Source of the DNA: Octopus vulgaris
Lineage: Eukaryota
NCBI GenBank assembly: GCA_951406725.2
Contig: OX597818.1
Span: 95,542,001 to 95,606,000, forward strand
Length of the DNA: 64,000 bases
Direction: 5' to 3'
Below the pieces are notes generated by a model. That model saw nothing but the letters and a program-made list of their open reading frames with translations. It did no database searches and was not told the DNA's origin. The translations under genes and the position numbers were made by a program. Numbering within the stretch: position 1 is the stretch's first letter; each line of letters starts with the position of its first letter. Of this stretch, positions 26,050 to 39,189 are shown piece after piece.

Positions 26050-26870
26050 ATCCATGAACAACATTGTCACTTGCCATTGTGAGCCAATCATTGCTTCATT
26101 GCATTTTCTATGACAAAAGTGATAGATGTTCATGCACTTGACTTGCAAGCCAGTATCTCATCAGCCAAGATGGCTCATGTGACAGTCTGTGGAAGTTTGT
26201 TTCAAATTCTTATAGACAAGTTGTCACAAGTATGGATTTAGACATCAAGTTTGAAAGCTTGTGTGCAGGAATGAATGTCCCTTGTAAAACTGCATCTTAC
26301 ATACTGTGGAGATATCCTTGTTCTGAGATCTGACAGGATGAGACTTGTTGGCATTTTATAGAGAAATGTTGCAACAGCAACTTGTTTTCTGTGTTGTAAA
26401 CTATTGATTGTGAGTTTTTCTTCTGAATTTGTCACAAGGTAAACTTGTCTGAAAGTGACAATTGGTGCTCCTAGATATACACTGAGTTTTATGAAGACTT
26501 TATCTGGATATGTTTTGACAGTTGCATATGCACTATTTTTGCTTGAATTTTCAGTGGTTGAAAGAGAAGAAATATCTCAATAATTTCCACAATCTTGTCT
26601 ATCACCCTTACTCTTCTTGATAATGATGACAATCTGTGTATTCTTGAACTGTTGCATTGCCAACATTCTCTGAAGAATTGAAGAAATCTACAACACAATT
26701 TCTTCCCATCATACTTATTGACTGCCATGAAAATGCTGTAAACATCCAGAGATTACCAACTCTTCTAAATTCAGTGATAGATCTAAGTTGGTGTTCCTGA
26801 AAGTTGATGGACACATTCCAGTGCCTCATGAGATACTGTTGAAGTGTGGGATACAATTATCATTTGTAAT
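26050..26870 (-). mobile_element. CR1/L2-like LINE fossil
   Basis: INSLQHRKQVAVATFLYKM resembles the SL..RR......LYK motif of the LINE RT C-terminal region. Confidence 0.55.
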
Positions 26871-28059
26871 AATCCCCATACATGGATTATTGCAATAATA
26901 ATTCCCTCATACATTGATTCACAATCCTTCAAAATGAGGAGGAAAACTTCAAAAGAGAAAATAAATTTATTTGCTGGAAGTTAATGGACTCAGGTGAGAT
27001 TCTCAAAACCTTGTACTTGTAGAAAAGGAGTAGCAATCATGAGCTAAGAAAGAAGAGGTACAGGATTATATGCCAGCAGTTAGAGTAGTCATATATTTAG
27101 TCCCTAAAATGATTTCCCCTTGTGATCCCTTTTTACCAGATGAATTTTTTCTTGTGAATCTTTCCTCCATACTATTATGGTTATAAAGAAATATAAAATT
27201 CAGCGAACAGGTAATAAAAGAATATAAATTGTAAGTGATGATAATGAGGAGGAGGAAGGGCATCGTCATCATCCTTCTCTTCCTCTCCTTCCTTCTCCTC
27301 CTCCTCCTCCTCATCATCATCACCATCAACCCTCTCCACCACCATCGTCATCATTTTAGTACCCACTTTTTCAGTTTGCACGGGTCAGATGAAACTTGTT
27401 AAGATGTACTAATTTCTTATTTCTTTACTGCCCACAAGGAGCTAAACATAGAGGGGACAAACAAGGATAGACAAATGGATTAAGTCGAATATATCGACCC
27501 CAGTGCATAACTGGTACTTATTTAATCAACCCCGAAAGGATAAAAAGCAAAGTCGACCTTGGCAGAATTTGAACTCAGAACGTAGCAGCAGACGAAATAC
27601 CACTAAGCATTTCGCCTGGCGTGCTAACGTTTCAGCCAGCTCGTCACCTTAAGATGCACTAATTTCTACCACTGGATATATTTCTTGTCACCAACTTTCA
27701 CCTGTTTCCAAATAAGGTAATATTTCATCTGATTCTTTGAACATGAACAGCTCAATAGCTAGACATATTTTCAGTGAAGACTGCAAACAAATGAACAGTG
27801 ACTTTGCTTGCAATCAATACACAGATTTCAAGATAAAGAAACACACACACACACACACACATATACACCAGGTTTTTTTTATAGCTTCAGATTCCAGATT
27901 CACTCACAAGGATTTGGTCAGCGCAGTGCTGTTATATAAGGCACTTGCACAAGGTGCCACACAGCAAAATCATGCAGCAGACGAACAAAGTTCTTAATCA
28001 CAGACCAAAACTCAGAGAATATAGAACAGTATACCTACGCAGCCATGCAAAATTTAACT

Positions 28060-28480
28060 AATAACAAAAAGATTTCCATATATTCAATAGGATGGGGCGC
28101 TTGTTTGTGGCAACAGAATCTATCTACTCTAGTTTGATATTTGTCAGAGATGTTCTTCAGGGAATTTTTGCATTCTCAATAGTTGAGCAGAATTTTGTTT
28201 GTATTATTATAGCTGAAAATACTGACTCATATGAATGTATGGTGGAAGAAAATGTTAAAACAGCCCTCATTGCTAATTCATAGAGTATTGAACTTTCTGA
28301 TTTCACATTCAGCCAAAAATGAATAAATAAAATGCTCCAGTTTATTTTGGGAAAATTCAAGTTTGGGAATTGAAATGCAAAACGGATCAACATTCAAATT
28401 CTTCTTGAGCCTTTCAACAAAAGATTTTCTACCATGTATTTTTCTGTCTATGGTAAAATACATAAGTGGAACTGTTTCCC
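28060..28480 (-). mobile_element. hAT (Charlie-like) transposase C-terminal remnant
   Basis: FWLNVKSE..LYELAMRAVLTFSST..YESVFSA..TK pattern of the hAT dimerisation domain. Confidence 0.7.
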
Positions 28481-28921
28481 AAATATATCAAATACACTTT
28501 TACAATGTACTTAACCCTTTTGTTACCAAATTTCTTCAGAAATGCACTACCTTTGTTTCAATTAATTTTTAAAACAATACAGAAACCCTACCTAACTTCC
28601 TGCATTTCCAACCTGGATAAGTTATTTTCTCTGAACATCAGTTATATGCACTTTATGCATGAAAGACATAAAAAATAGACACAGAATTGGTATTAATTTG
28701 ATGCTTAAGAAATAGGAAAAAGAAAGAATGAAATGTCTTCAACATTTTGAGTATTTGCTCTTCAGTGGAAAGATAGGACAGACATAGGGTAAGTAGACAA
28801 GTAATGGAAATTGGAGAAACTGAAATATATGTTTATCAAACCATAATGACATATAGTTAAAAGGTTGATTTAGGTGTGAGTGGTAAGGGGAGCAACTGTG
28901 AAACTGGCATATGTATTGGCA

Positions 28922-29829
28922 TACGAAGGGGTACCCAAAAGTAACTGGAAACATTCTCTGTGGGACAAGCCTGTTGCAGTTCAGGCTTCTATCACTAGAT
29001 GCCACTTGATGTGACCCTCAGGCATCAGTATGCTAACTGGCATAGTCAAGTGGAGTCATACTGCCACATGGTGTATCTTTGTTTTGCAGTGCTTCTCCCC
29101 CCGTTCATCAATTTTTGCAACAGCTGAAACAAAGGAACTGCATGCTTCCATGAAATTCTGTTTTCTGTTCAGGAAAACAGTGGTTGAAACAGTTGTCATG
29201 CTTCAAACAGCTTACAAAGTCACTGCCATAAGTTAAACACAAGTTTACAAGTGGTTTTCATGCTTTAGGAATGATCACTTATTGCTTGAAGCCCAAACTC
29301 ATTCAGGGTGACCATCGACCTCCTGAATGAATGAAAACATCATGAAAATTCCTGAACTGATCTTGGAGGACCTTCACTAAACAATTGACAAACTTGTTGA
29401 TATGAGTGGTGTGTCCTGGAGCTCCTGCTAACGAATTTTGAGTAAGAAATCGCAAATGAAAAGAGTTGCAGCAAAATTTCTGCCTTGCTTGCTCACTGAA
29501 GATCAAAAGCGGTCATGACTGAATAAGTGTCGTGAACTGAAAGAAAAGTTGAAAGTTGATCTGGACTTTTTTTTGAAGGTCATCACTAATGATGAAAGCT
29601 GGTGCTATGGAATTTGCAGATGTGGAAGAGGTGAAGACAAAAAAAGAGGCATTAAAAGGCCTCATTTTGCAAGAGTTCTAGTACTAATTCCAACAGTGGA
29701 AAACATGTCTGGACTGATGCATTGCTTCAAATAGAGAATACTTTGAAGGCGATAAAAGTGTAAGCATGTAAAACTAAGTGAATAAAATAATATTGCAAAA
29801 TTCTGGTTTCTTTTGGGTATCCCCTCGTA
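28922..29829 (+). mobile_element. Mariner fossil with both TIRs
   Basis: TAcgaaggggtacccaaaag...cttttgggtatcccctcgTA; KFCFLFRKTVVETVVMLQTAY and VITNDESWCYG motifs. Confidence 0.85.
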
Positions 29830-30661
29830 TGTGTGTGTGCATGTTTGCTTGCTTGTTTGTATGTACATGTGTATATAAAACTGCTCTGTGTGTGTGTGTA
29901 TACTATGTATGTTTGTATGTGTGCTTGCTTACTTGATTGCAAGTGTGTATACAAAGCTGTTGTGTTTACTAGATATATGTATCTGTGAAATAAAGGTAAT
30001 ACAAGTGTGTGTAGGGGTTGGGAAGTATAAGTGTATTCATATTTTCTCATTACTGTATGTATGCATAAGAGTAGCACATGGAAATGTAATTAAAGTGTGT
30101 GTGAAGTAGATAATAAGTGTATGTGTGCATTGTTTAAATGTGTTGGTGTGTATGGTGTTGAGTTTTTTGCTAATAGATGTTGTGTAGGCATGTGGGAGGT
30201 TTTCAATGACAGGCCTGTGGGAATCTATGAGGTGGATGGTGTGTGTAAAGTGGAATGAAAAGGGGTTAGGAATTAAGACCATTGAGACCAATGTCTAGAG
30301 AGAAAAAAATCATCTCTGTCACACATGGAGATGGGATTTTGGGTGGGATCTCCATGGAAGGCCAGGTTTTGCCCTGTTAGTCCAATTAAGGCTTGTAGGC
30401 TGAAACTTCAAAATTACTCTCACTACTCTTCTTGTAAAAATATAGTAAATGTGGCACACAAAAAACACCCACTACACTCTTGGAGTGGTTGGCATTAGGA
30501 AGGGCATCCAGCTGTAGAAACTCTGCCAGATCAAGATTGGAGCCTGGTGCATCCATCTGGTTCGCAAGCCCTCAGTCAAAATCGTCCAACCCATACTAGC
30601 ATGGAAAGCGGACGTTAAACGATGATGATGATGATGATGATCTATGTGTGTGTGCACATGG

Positions 30662-31583
30662 GAACATTGGGTTGTCAGATAAATTCATTCATTTTTTAAA
30701 AATCTATTTTGATCCTTATTTTCCATCAACAGTTTTTAAAAATCAGTTAATAATACTGTATATTTTCCTTCATTGTTTAGGACTGCTTGCCAACATTCCA
30801 CTAGCTCGTCAATGCCTTGATGACAGAAATCACTAGATCTTGACTTTAAGAATTCATTGAGCCATGTTTTCAACTCCATGTCATTGTTGAATCAAACACC
30901 TCACAGACTGATGAAGAGCAACTGAAAAAGGTGATAATCTGAAAGTGTTATATCAGGAGAATATGAATAGAACTTCTCACCTGAGTCCTCAAATAGCATT
31001 TTTAATCAAATTAGTAACATGAGGTGATTGTTGTCATGTTGAAGAAGCATGTCCTGTCATCAGTCAGCTGGATTTCCCATTGAGTGACGGTGACAGGTGA
31101 TGGTAGCATAAGTGCATCCCATCTACTGGGTCAATTCCTTAATGGATTCTTGTGGATGAGCTCATTCAGTTGATTTTCATTGAACTGAACATGTCAGCCA
31201 GAATACAGAGCATCTGTGAGATAGAATTTCTCTTCCTTGAAGAATGAAAACCATTTCTGTGCAGTTCTTTCAACAACAAAGCCTTCTCTGTACACAGCAT
31301 GAATGTCTCAGAAAGCTTTGGCAGCTTTGGAAACTTGATTCAAAATGAAGAGAAGATGATGTCAAAAATGCTAATTTTTTATTTCTTGGCACTCCATTAC
31401 CATCTATATGAAAAGATGTAAAATTAATTTAAATTTCAATGGTAATAAATGAAAATTGTAGAGGAAGAATAGAGGAATAGAGTGACAAAAGAGCCACAAA
31501 CCACCACGATAAAAGTATTTTTCAAGTCAATTGAAATAACGTGGGAAAAAATAAATGAAGTTATCAGATAAACCAATATGTAT
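30662..31583 (-). mobile_element. Mariner-like fossil with TIRs
   Basis: cattgggttgtcagataaattcattcattttt and aaaaaataaatgaagttatcagataaaccaatatg inverted termini; decayed transposase-like interior. Confidence 0.6.
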
Positions 31584-31789
31584 ATTGTCAGACTCATTAG
31601 CTGGAGGTACATAAACTCTCAACAGCTGGAAGAAGGAATATACATCTTGGTCAGTTGAAGTTGTAAACAAATATTCCTAGAAAGAAATTCTACTGAAAGT
31701 AAATCTGGGTGAAGAGGAGTTATCCCCCTTACATGAGTTCCAGTTGCATCTAAAATGGGTTAGTATATAGGTGATTGCTCTTTCCTAGT

Positions 31790-33110
31790 TGGCAAACGGG
31801 GAATTCCATGTTTCCAACACAAATTTCCTCTGAAGAGGGCACCAACTAAACATTTCATTTTTGGAGTTAAAAAAGATCCTCAGTTTTTCAGGAATTTTAT
31901 TCTCTCAGCCAAGCAAAGCCTACATCGTTTGCATCCATTGAGGTATGATCCCAATTGATCTAGCAACCTCCATTTGATTATGTATCATGTACCCTCCTCT
32001 TTAAAACACCATACATAGCTGGTATCCTAAAAGAGGACCTGTGATTGTTAAGACATTGCTTGAATGGATCCGCTGCGGATTCAACATGTTTCTGTGTCTG
32101 TACCTTTGTGCTGTCAGTTGTTGTTACAGCTGGATCTGTTGCTACTGCTATTGGTGTCACTGATGTTGCTGTTATTGCTGGATGCAATGGTGGTGCTGTA
32201 GTTATTGCTGTTGTTACCACCATCATTGCTACTGTTGGATGCATTATTGGTGCTGTCTTCTTCTTCTTCTTCTTCTTCTTCTTCTTCTTCTTCTCCCAGT
32301 CAGGACTCACACCATTAGCCACAAAGAATAATATCTAATTCAAGCCTACTCTAAGCTACTAAGAATGTGTGCAGCAACTTGAAGATCCACCCACCACACA
32401 CGATAGACTGACGATTGCACAGACGCGAAAGCTACGATGTTATCCTCATTCCCTAAATGGTGGCTTTTAACGGGCGGAGAGCTGAACCATCCTGGGGTAC
32501 AGAGGATTCGCAATCTAGACTAGGGTCTAAAAGTTTACCACACCATAGTGGGTTACATCATGGTTCCTCTGCTTTGTGGCAGAAGTAGGAATAAAGAGTG
32601 AGAGAAAGTTGTGGTGAAAGAGTACAGCAGGGTTCACCACCACCACCCACCGGAGCCTTGTGGAGCTTAGGTGCTTTTGCTCAATAAACACTCCAATGCC
32701 TGGACCAGGAATCGAAACCGAGTTCTTACCACTACTGCAATTGTTGTTACCAGTGGATATATTGGTGCCTGTGCTGATGTAAATACTGCCACTGCTGCCT
32801 TTGCTACCAGACACCACCTCAGCTTCATAGACCTTGACTTTGGAGTAGCATCAACTTAGCCCCACTGGGCACTCATTGCTAACCCTGCATGAGCATCCTG
32901 CTTCTGCATGAAGTTTATAGAAATTCACTAATATATTTTTAATGCTAGGTGCACAGCTGAAAAAGACCCTTAAGTTGAGTCTATGAAACAATCGCCTGTG
33001 TCTATGTGACCATATGAAGTGTTTGTCCATTAATCTAAGGAATATCCTTCTCAAGTGGGTTTTGATATTGAAGGGTGGGGCAGATTAAGCAACCTTATAA
33101 TGGTACTTCC
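31790..33110 (-). mobile_element. Penelope-like element fossil, linker plus GIY-YIG endonuclease (split)
   Basis: [32 protein letters not shown], then FKQCLNNHRSSFR..IKWRLL..NGCKRCRLCLAE; interrupted at about 32110-32815. Confidence 0.8.
32257..32735 (-). mobile_element. tRNA-derived SINE with (AAG)n tail
   Basis: B box ggtttcgattcc; shares cctaagctcc with 12212-12506. Confidence 0.65.
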
Positions 33111-33121
33111 TATATATATAA

Positions 33122-33242
<121 letters not shown>

Positions 33243-33254
33243 TATATATATATT

Positions 33255-33721
<467 letters not shown>

Positions 33722-34794
33722 TACACACACATACATATGAACCATCAATGCCAACAAATTTTTTCTCTCTGTTTTTTTCATTCTCTCTCCATTTTTCTCT
33801 CTCAATCCTTTCTGTCAAAGAGCATAGGCTCAAAATGTCAAAAACTTTCGCATTCTTTCCGAGCATTAATCTAATACACCTGCTTGTTGTTCCCTAACCT
33901 GTCTTTGTTTTTTGTTTTCTGTAAATTTGAATTGTGTGTGTGTGTGTAATGTGCTATTTGTTTCAGTTTTCATCTGCCAATTCCACTCACATGGTTTTTG
34001 TAGAAAACAGTGGCCCAAGATGCTATGCAGTGGGATTGAACCCAAAACAATGTAGTTGGGAAGTAAAATTCTAAACTACACAATCGTACCAGAACTTATT
34101 CCTAACCACACAGCTACACCTGTGCCTAATCACAACCCTACACCAATACCAGTACCTGTTCTTAACCATGTTGCCATATCTGCACATATGCATCTGTGTG
34201 TGTGAACATATATGTGGTACTAAGCCAGGAAAAACCAGGGCAATGATTTCCCAAGCTCACAAAATTTAGTTATAAATTATCCTGTACATACTCAATTCAT
34301 TCTGTCTATGAATAACTGAGGAAAATATTATTACACATTCAATTCATTTGGACTTCGCTCCAAATTTTGACAGCCTAGCTATTAGGGTCAACTCAAGAAA
34401 TTCTTTCTGCAGAAAGATAATGTTACTTAACAAGGTTATTCTTTTGAACTCTTTATGAGTTAGAGCTGGTGTCACTGGACTATTTAAAAACAGGTTTTGT
34501 TACATGGATGTATGTGTATGTGTGTATGTCTGTCTGTATGTATGTCAACAAATATTTATACGTAGATCATTATAAGCACATATACAAACATACAACAAAT
34601 AAATACCTAAGTATATGCATACATACATACATTCACACATACATATGTATGTATATGTACACTTAAATATGCAATGTCCACACATACACATGCACATTCT
34701 TATACATACATACATGCATACATACATACATACATACATACATACATACATACATACATACATACATACATACATACATACATACATACATACA

Positions 34795-35525
34795 ATAACC
34801 AGACTACTAACTCTCACTTTGAATGGTATGCTTTTGCAATCCAGGAACAGAAAATATCAACCAAGTACCTGATGCACAAAATAGATAGAGATACAAGAAA
34901 AGCAGTACAATGTGACAACCAATGTAGACTTTGTGGAGTTGACACTGAAGATATCACCCACATCATAAGCAGGTGTTCAAAAATGTCATCATGGAATTAT
35001 CTACCAATGAGACATGATGCTGGAGCTTGAACACTCTATAATGAAATCTGTCAGAAGGATGACCCTGAGGAGAAAGAAATAAGAACCCACAGTATGATAG
35101 AAGCCATAGTCACTCATAATAAAAAGAAGTACTGGTGGAATGTCCCAGTGAAGACCTCAATAAAATGTATGTACAACAGACCTGATATAATGATTTAAAA
35201 TACAGAAGAGAAACGGTGTACAGTTGTGGAAATTAGCTGCCCAGCAGATGTTGACATAAAGCTGAAGATCAATGAAAAAGAGAATACCCATGCTGAACTA
35301 TTGAAATATCTGCATTTACTCTATCCAGATTACAAATTCAGGTTTATAGCTGTAATTATTGGGGCCTTGGGATATATAACACACTGCCTAAATACCAATC
35401 TTGAGAAATTAAATTCTCCTTTCTTAAACCAGAAAGGAGAAAGCTATTTCGAAGACTACAGATCCAATCCATCACTGGAACTGTAAAAATCAGTGATACT
35501 TTCCAGAATTTTATTATTTAAATAT
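34795..35525 (+). mobile_element. R4/Dong-like REL retrotransposon 3' part in (TACA)n
   Basis: AIQEQ, CRLC..EDITHIISRC (CCHC), RHD, NRPDI, EISCP and VIIGALG motifs. Confidence 0.88.
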
Positions 35526-35739
35526 ACATGAGCATCTCTAGATATGTATGAGAATATATACGTAAAGCAAAACATACAAATCTGCACATATACATACATA
35601 CATATATATATACATACAAACAAAAATACCTTCTTACATGCACACATCTAAATATACTTCCTAAACTGGTAAAGCCCAACTCTTAATTTACCGTTTGTTA
35701 CAAACCTCAGTAATTTCTTTATATAATGTAATTTATTGA

Positions 35740-36045
35740 AAATGAAATATGGTGATTTGGTTTTTACATGGGATCAACATGTAGCTTAACCAAATATCCA
35801 TTATACACATTTATCAAACCACAAACCTACAGATGTGACAGGATCTTCAATAGAAACTCTATTAATATTTCTTAGTCTTGTTATAGAAACTTCACCAACA
35901 TAGTCAATACCTTAAATGCAAAGATGCTAAACAGCAAGAACATTACCAAATCTATATGCAATTATAATTTCAGGGATCCATCTAACTTCCCCTTTAATGG
36001 ACTGTGCTTAGTTGAATGATGAACTTTATCAATGTTGATATTCAA
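35740..36045 (+). mobile_element. Penelope-like fragment
   Basis: RIFNRNSINIS*SC...RDPSNFPFNGLCLVE, the PLE linker motif (IFNRN.V.VSYSC; CPLNG.CL). Confidence 0.65.
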
Positions 36046-36079
36046 TTATGTGTCACACAATTCTATGACACAGCCTTGG

Positions 36080-37080
36080 TAATCAATGGAAAAATAGCTG
36101 GTGTTCAAGTGAAAGTTTCATGTTATTGACCCATTTATTGTCTATGTCTACTGATATGCTTATCTATTCAAACTGGTTGTTGTTGACTGGATAAAAATTG
36201 CAAAGCTTGTGAGAGAATTTTTGTCATAATGCAGTAACTTTGCTTCTTTGTAGCTTAGACCACTTTCAAATAGTTAAGGAAGGAAAAGGAGGACAGGCAG
36301 TGGAGCTAAAATGCTTGTCTAATACACTTTAGATCTGTCAGCATTCATTATGTCATGTCATGCATTGTACACTTCTATGTATTTTGGACATTCAATCAAA
36401 TTTCAGTGAGAACATGTCATCGGAGAAACAAATTGTGAGCAAGTCTTTTATATAATTTTTGCCTGCAAAACTTTTATGTTCTCTTGTTCCTCTGTGATTA
36501 AGTTCTATTATAAATAAAGTCTCTGGCAAAAATGTTGCAATCTTCTTCACTGGTTATGAATGTTAGCAAGCTAACTGATATCTGGTTGTATTGAGGATTT
36601 TGACATGGAGCAAAACAAACTGCAAGTCAAACATATGTGGGATACAATGAAGCATGGACCACTGGACTTAGGGACTACCAACTACTTTAAGACAAGTCAA
36701 AAGAGTGAGGAAAATTGCTTCAGTATTTGGAGGATTCAATGCTCAATGAGATTGTTGGAAATTGTTCAAGTAGTGGAGAAGCCTTTCGCCAATTTTCGCT
36801 CTGGGATCTTCATTTCTGCTTTGGACTGGATTTGCTCAAGGCTCCAACACTGCTTTTCAACAGAAGTCTATAATATAATGAGGAAAACCTTTTTTATTTT
36901 AATCCCCAAAATGGCCAGTTTCATAGCTACTTAATGCCCTGAAATCATAACAGTGATAGATTAGATAACCTGAATATTGACTCAATGTTAAGCATCACAT
37001 TGAGCGGAAGTCTTGTAGCTGTGTGAGCTACCTGAACTTTTGCATCACTCAATTATGATGCCATCTTTGAACACTTCAAC
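36080..37080 (-). mobile_element. Probable piggyBac transposase fossil
   Basis: CPKYIEVYNA*HDIMNADR resembles CP..I..YN..MGGVD..D; heavily decayed. Confidence 0.45.
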
Positions 37081-39189
37081 TTTTTACAAAATTATTTTGT
37101 TCAAAATGATTATGTAAAAAATACTTTCAAAAAAATATTTTTAAAAACATTTCTTTGGCTGCAAATGTAATGTTCAAAGCAAAAATCTGGGGGAGGTTAT
37201 GTAAGGCAGGAATATGAATTTGTGAATTTTAAATATTTATTTTTATTTTATTTAACTGAATACTAATCTCTGTTTATATATTTCTTTACTACCCACAAGG
37301 GGCTAAACACAGAGGGGACAGACAAACGGATTAAGTTGATTACATCGACCCCAGTGCATAACTGGTACTTAATTTATTGACCCCGAAAGGATGAAAGGCA
37401 AAGTCGACCTTGGCAGAATTTGAACTCAGAATGTAACGGCAGACAAAATACTAATCTGTTTATAACTGGAAAAATGAAATTTGCAAAATAAATTACAAAT
37501 TGGCAAAGAAAAAAACAAAATCAAAAAGTAAAACTTTTGAAAGAACTAGATTTTACAAAATCATAATCTCTTACATAGAAATCCAAAGAATTTTCTGGTT
37601 AGTCATAAGTGGGTGCTTATTCTGACATTCTGCTATTCACAGAAATAAGTATTACAACCATCTTATTTGCAAATGATGAGTTGCACAATGGACAGAGAAT
37701 TTTACAATATATGGCAACTGTTACATGTTATTGCTCTCCATATAGAATGTGAATAGACCTGTCAAACATGTTCTCAATGAAAAGCCAACCTTGACCTCTG
37801 GTACAATACTGACAAGACTTAGAGAAAAGTCTCTTAGATGTTACGCAATAACATTGTTTACTCTTGGAAGTGCCTTAGGAGCTGACACACAGTATGTGTA
37901 ATTATAAAATATATTTATAAAACAGTAATGAAGACAATTTAATTAATCTTAGTAGTCATCACGTATAAACAATGATTATAATTATATCTATTTATTGTGT
38001 GTTGGCTGAGATGTTTACTTTCTCTATGCCATTTGTTTTGAAGCAAGGTGAAGGTGGGCACAATTGGCATTTTAAAAACTACATCAACAACTCTGTCAAA
38101 ATGTGTATATAGAAAAGTGTAATGGGAACTGAAAAAGAACAAGAGTAATCCATCGAACTCTTGTTGTTCTCGTTCAGTTTATGAGCAATGTTGTAGCTTA
38201 TGTTCGTAAAATATATTCACGAGAAGTTTTGTTGAAACAAGAAAAGTTATATGCTCATAGACATACTGATCGATTTTATATATATATAAATATCTTAATG
38301 GTCAAATCACAGCAAACTTTTGATTATTTTTTCCGTGTGACTTTTTGTCTATTGATTATTCAATATAATTGTATTATATTTAATAGCAAGATTTTAATAA
38401 CAAGGAGAGAGTAATTCTTGATATACAATTAAAAAAAAAAATGTGGCTGGAACACCTTTGATCAGGTCTCCTCGATAAAACTCATCTGGTCCTAAACAAT
38501 AAAAATGCCGTCTTTTATTTCATTCAAAATGAATAATCAATATAAAGAAAATCAAAAATGTACAGTGATTTGATCATTGACGTATTTATGTATATAATCG
38601 ATTTCTGTCTATGACCATATACCTCTTTTATATTTTATTTAAACAAAACTATTTTGTGTATATATTTTACACCCGTAAACTACAGCATTACTTGTTTTTC
38701 GTTCCATAATCGTATTTTATATTTCATAGGCAAATTGTCGTGTGTGTATATTTTAAATATATTATTTTTTTATTCACTAATAAATTACTCTAATAAATAA
38801 ACAAAGCAAATTTTTTGTATTCTCCATGGAAGTTCCAACAATCCCAAATTGATTTAACACAATCTCTCAGAAGAGAGAGAGAGAGAGCAGCAACCAATAG
38901 TTTAAGAAACTAGATGCTGGACCAATATCTGTGGACTTTGGAGAGAGACTTTTAATGGTTACTTGACCTATTAGAAACAACAGCCAAATACGCTTCAAAT
39001 AAAATGCAGTTGTCATAAAAAATTATGAAGGACATATTGGGTGATGTAGTTTCAGACATACTAGGCTTAAAAAGAAGAAAGAGATGGGTCAAGGGCAGAA
39101 TGCCTTTCATTATAGGCCTGCTCAATCAATGTTGACAGAGCTAAACAACAACAATAATAAAATGAGTAATTCAACAATAACGAAAGAAA

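Noticed and set aside
30901-30945. CTGATGA...GAAA hammerhead-like string
   Set aside because: Stem III cannot pair; lies inside a mariner remnant
31978-32338. Hydrophobic or Thr/Ala-rich ORFs resembling mucin or membrane proteins
   Set aside because: Low-complexity triplet repeat plus a SINE tail inside a PLE fossil
37939-38142. Minus-strand ORF after a good acceptor (SHYTFLYTHFDRVVDVVFKMP...)
   Set aside because: No recognisable homology, weak donor, adjacent to a Helitron-like 5' end
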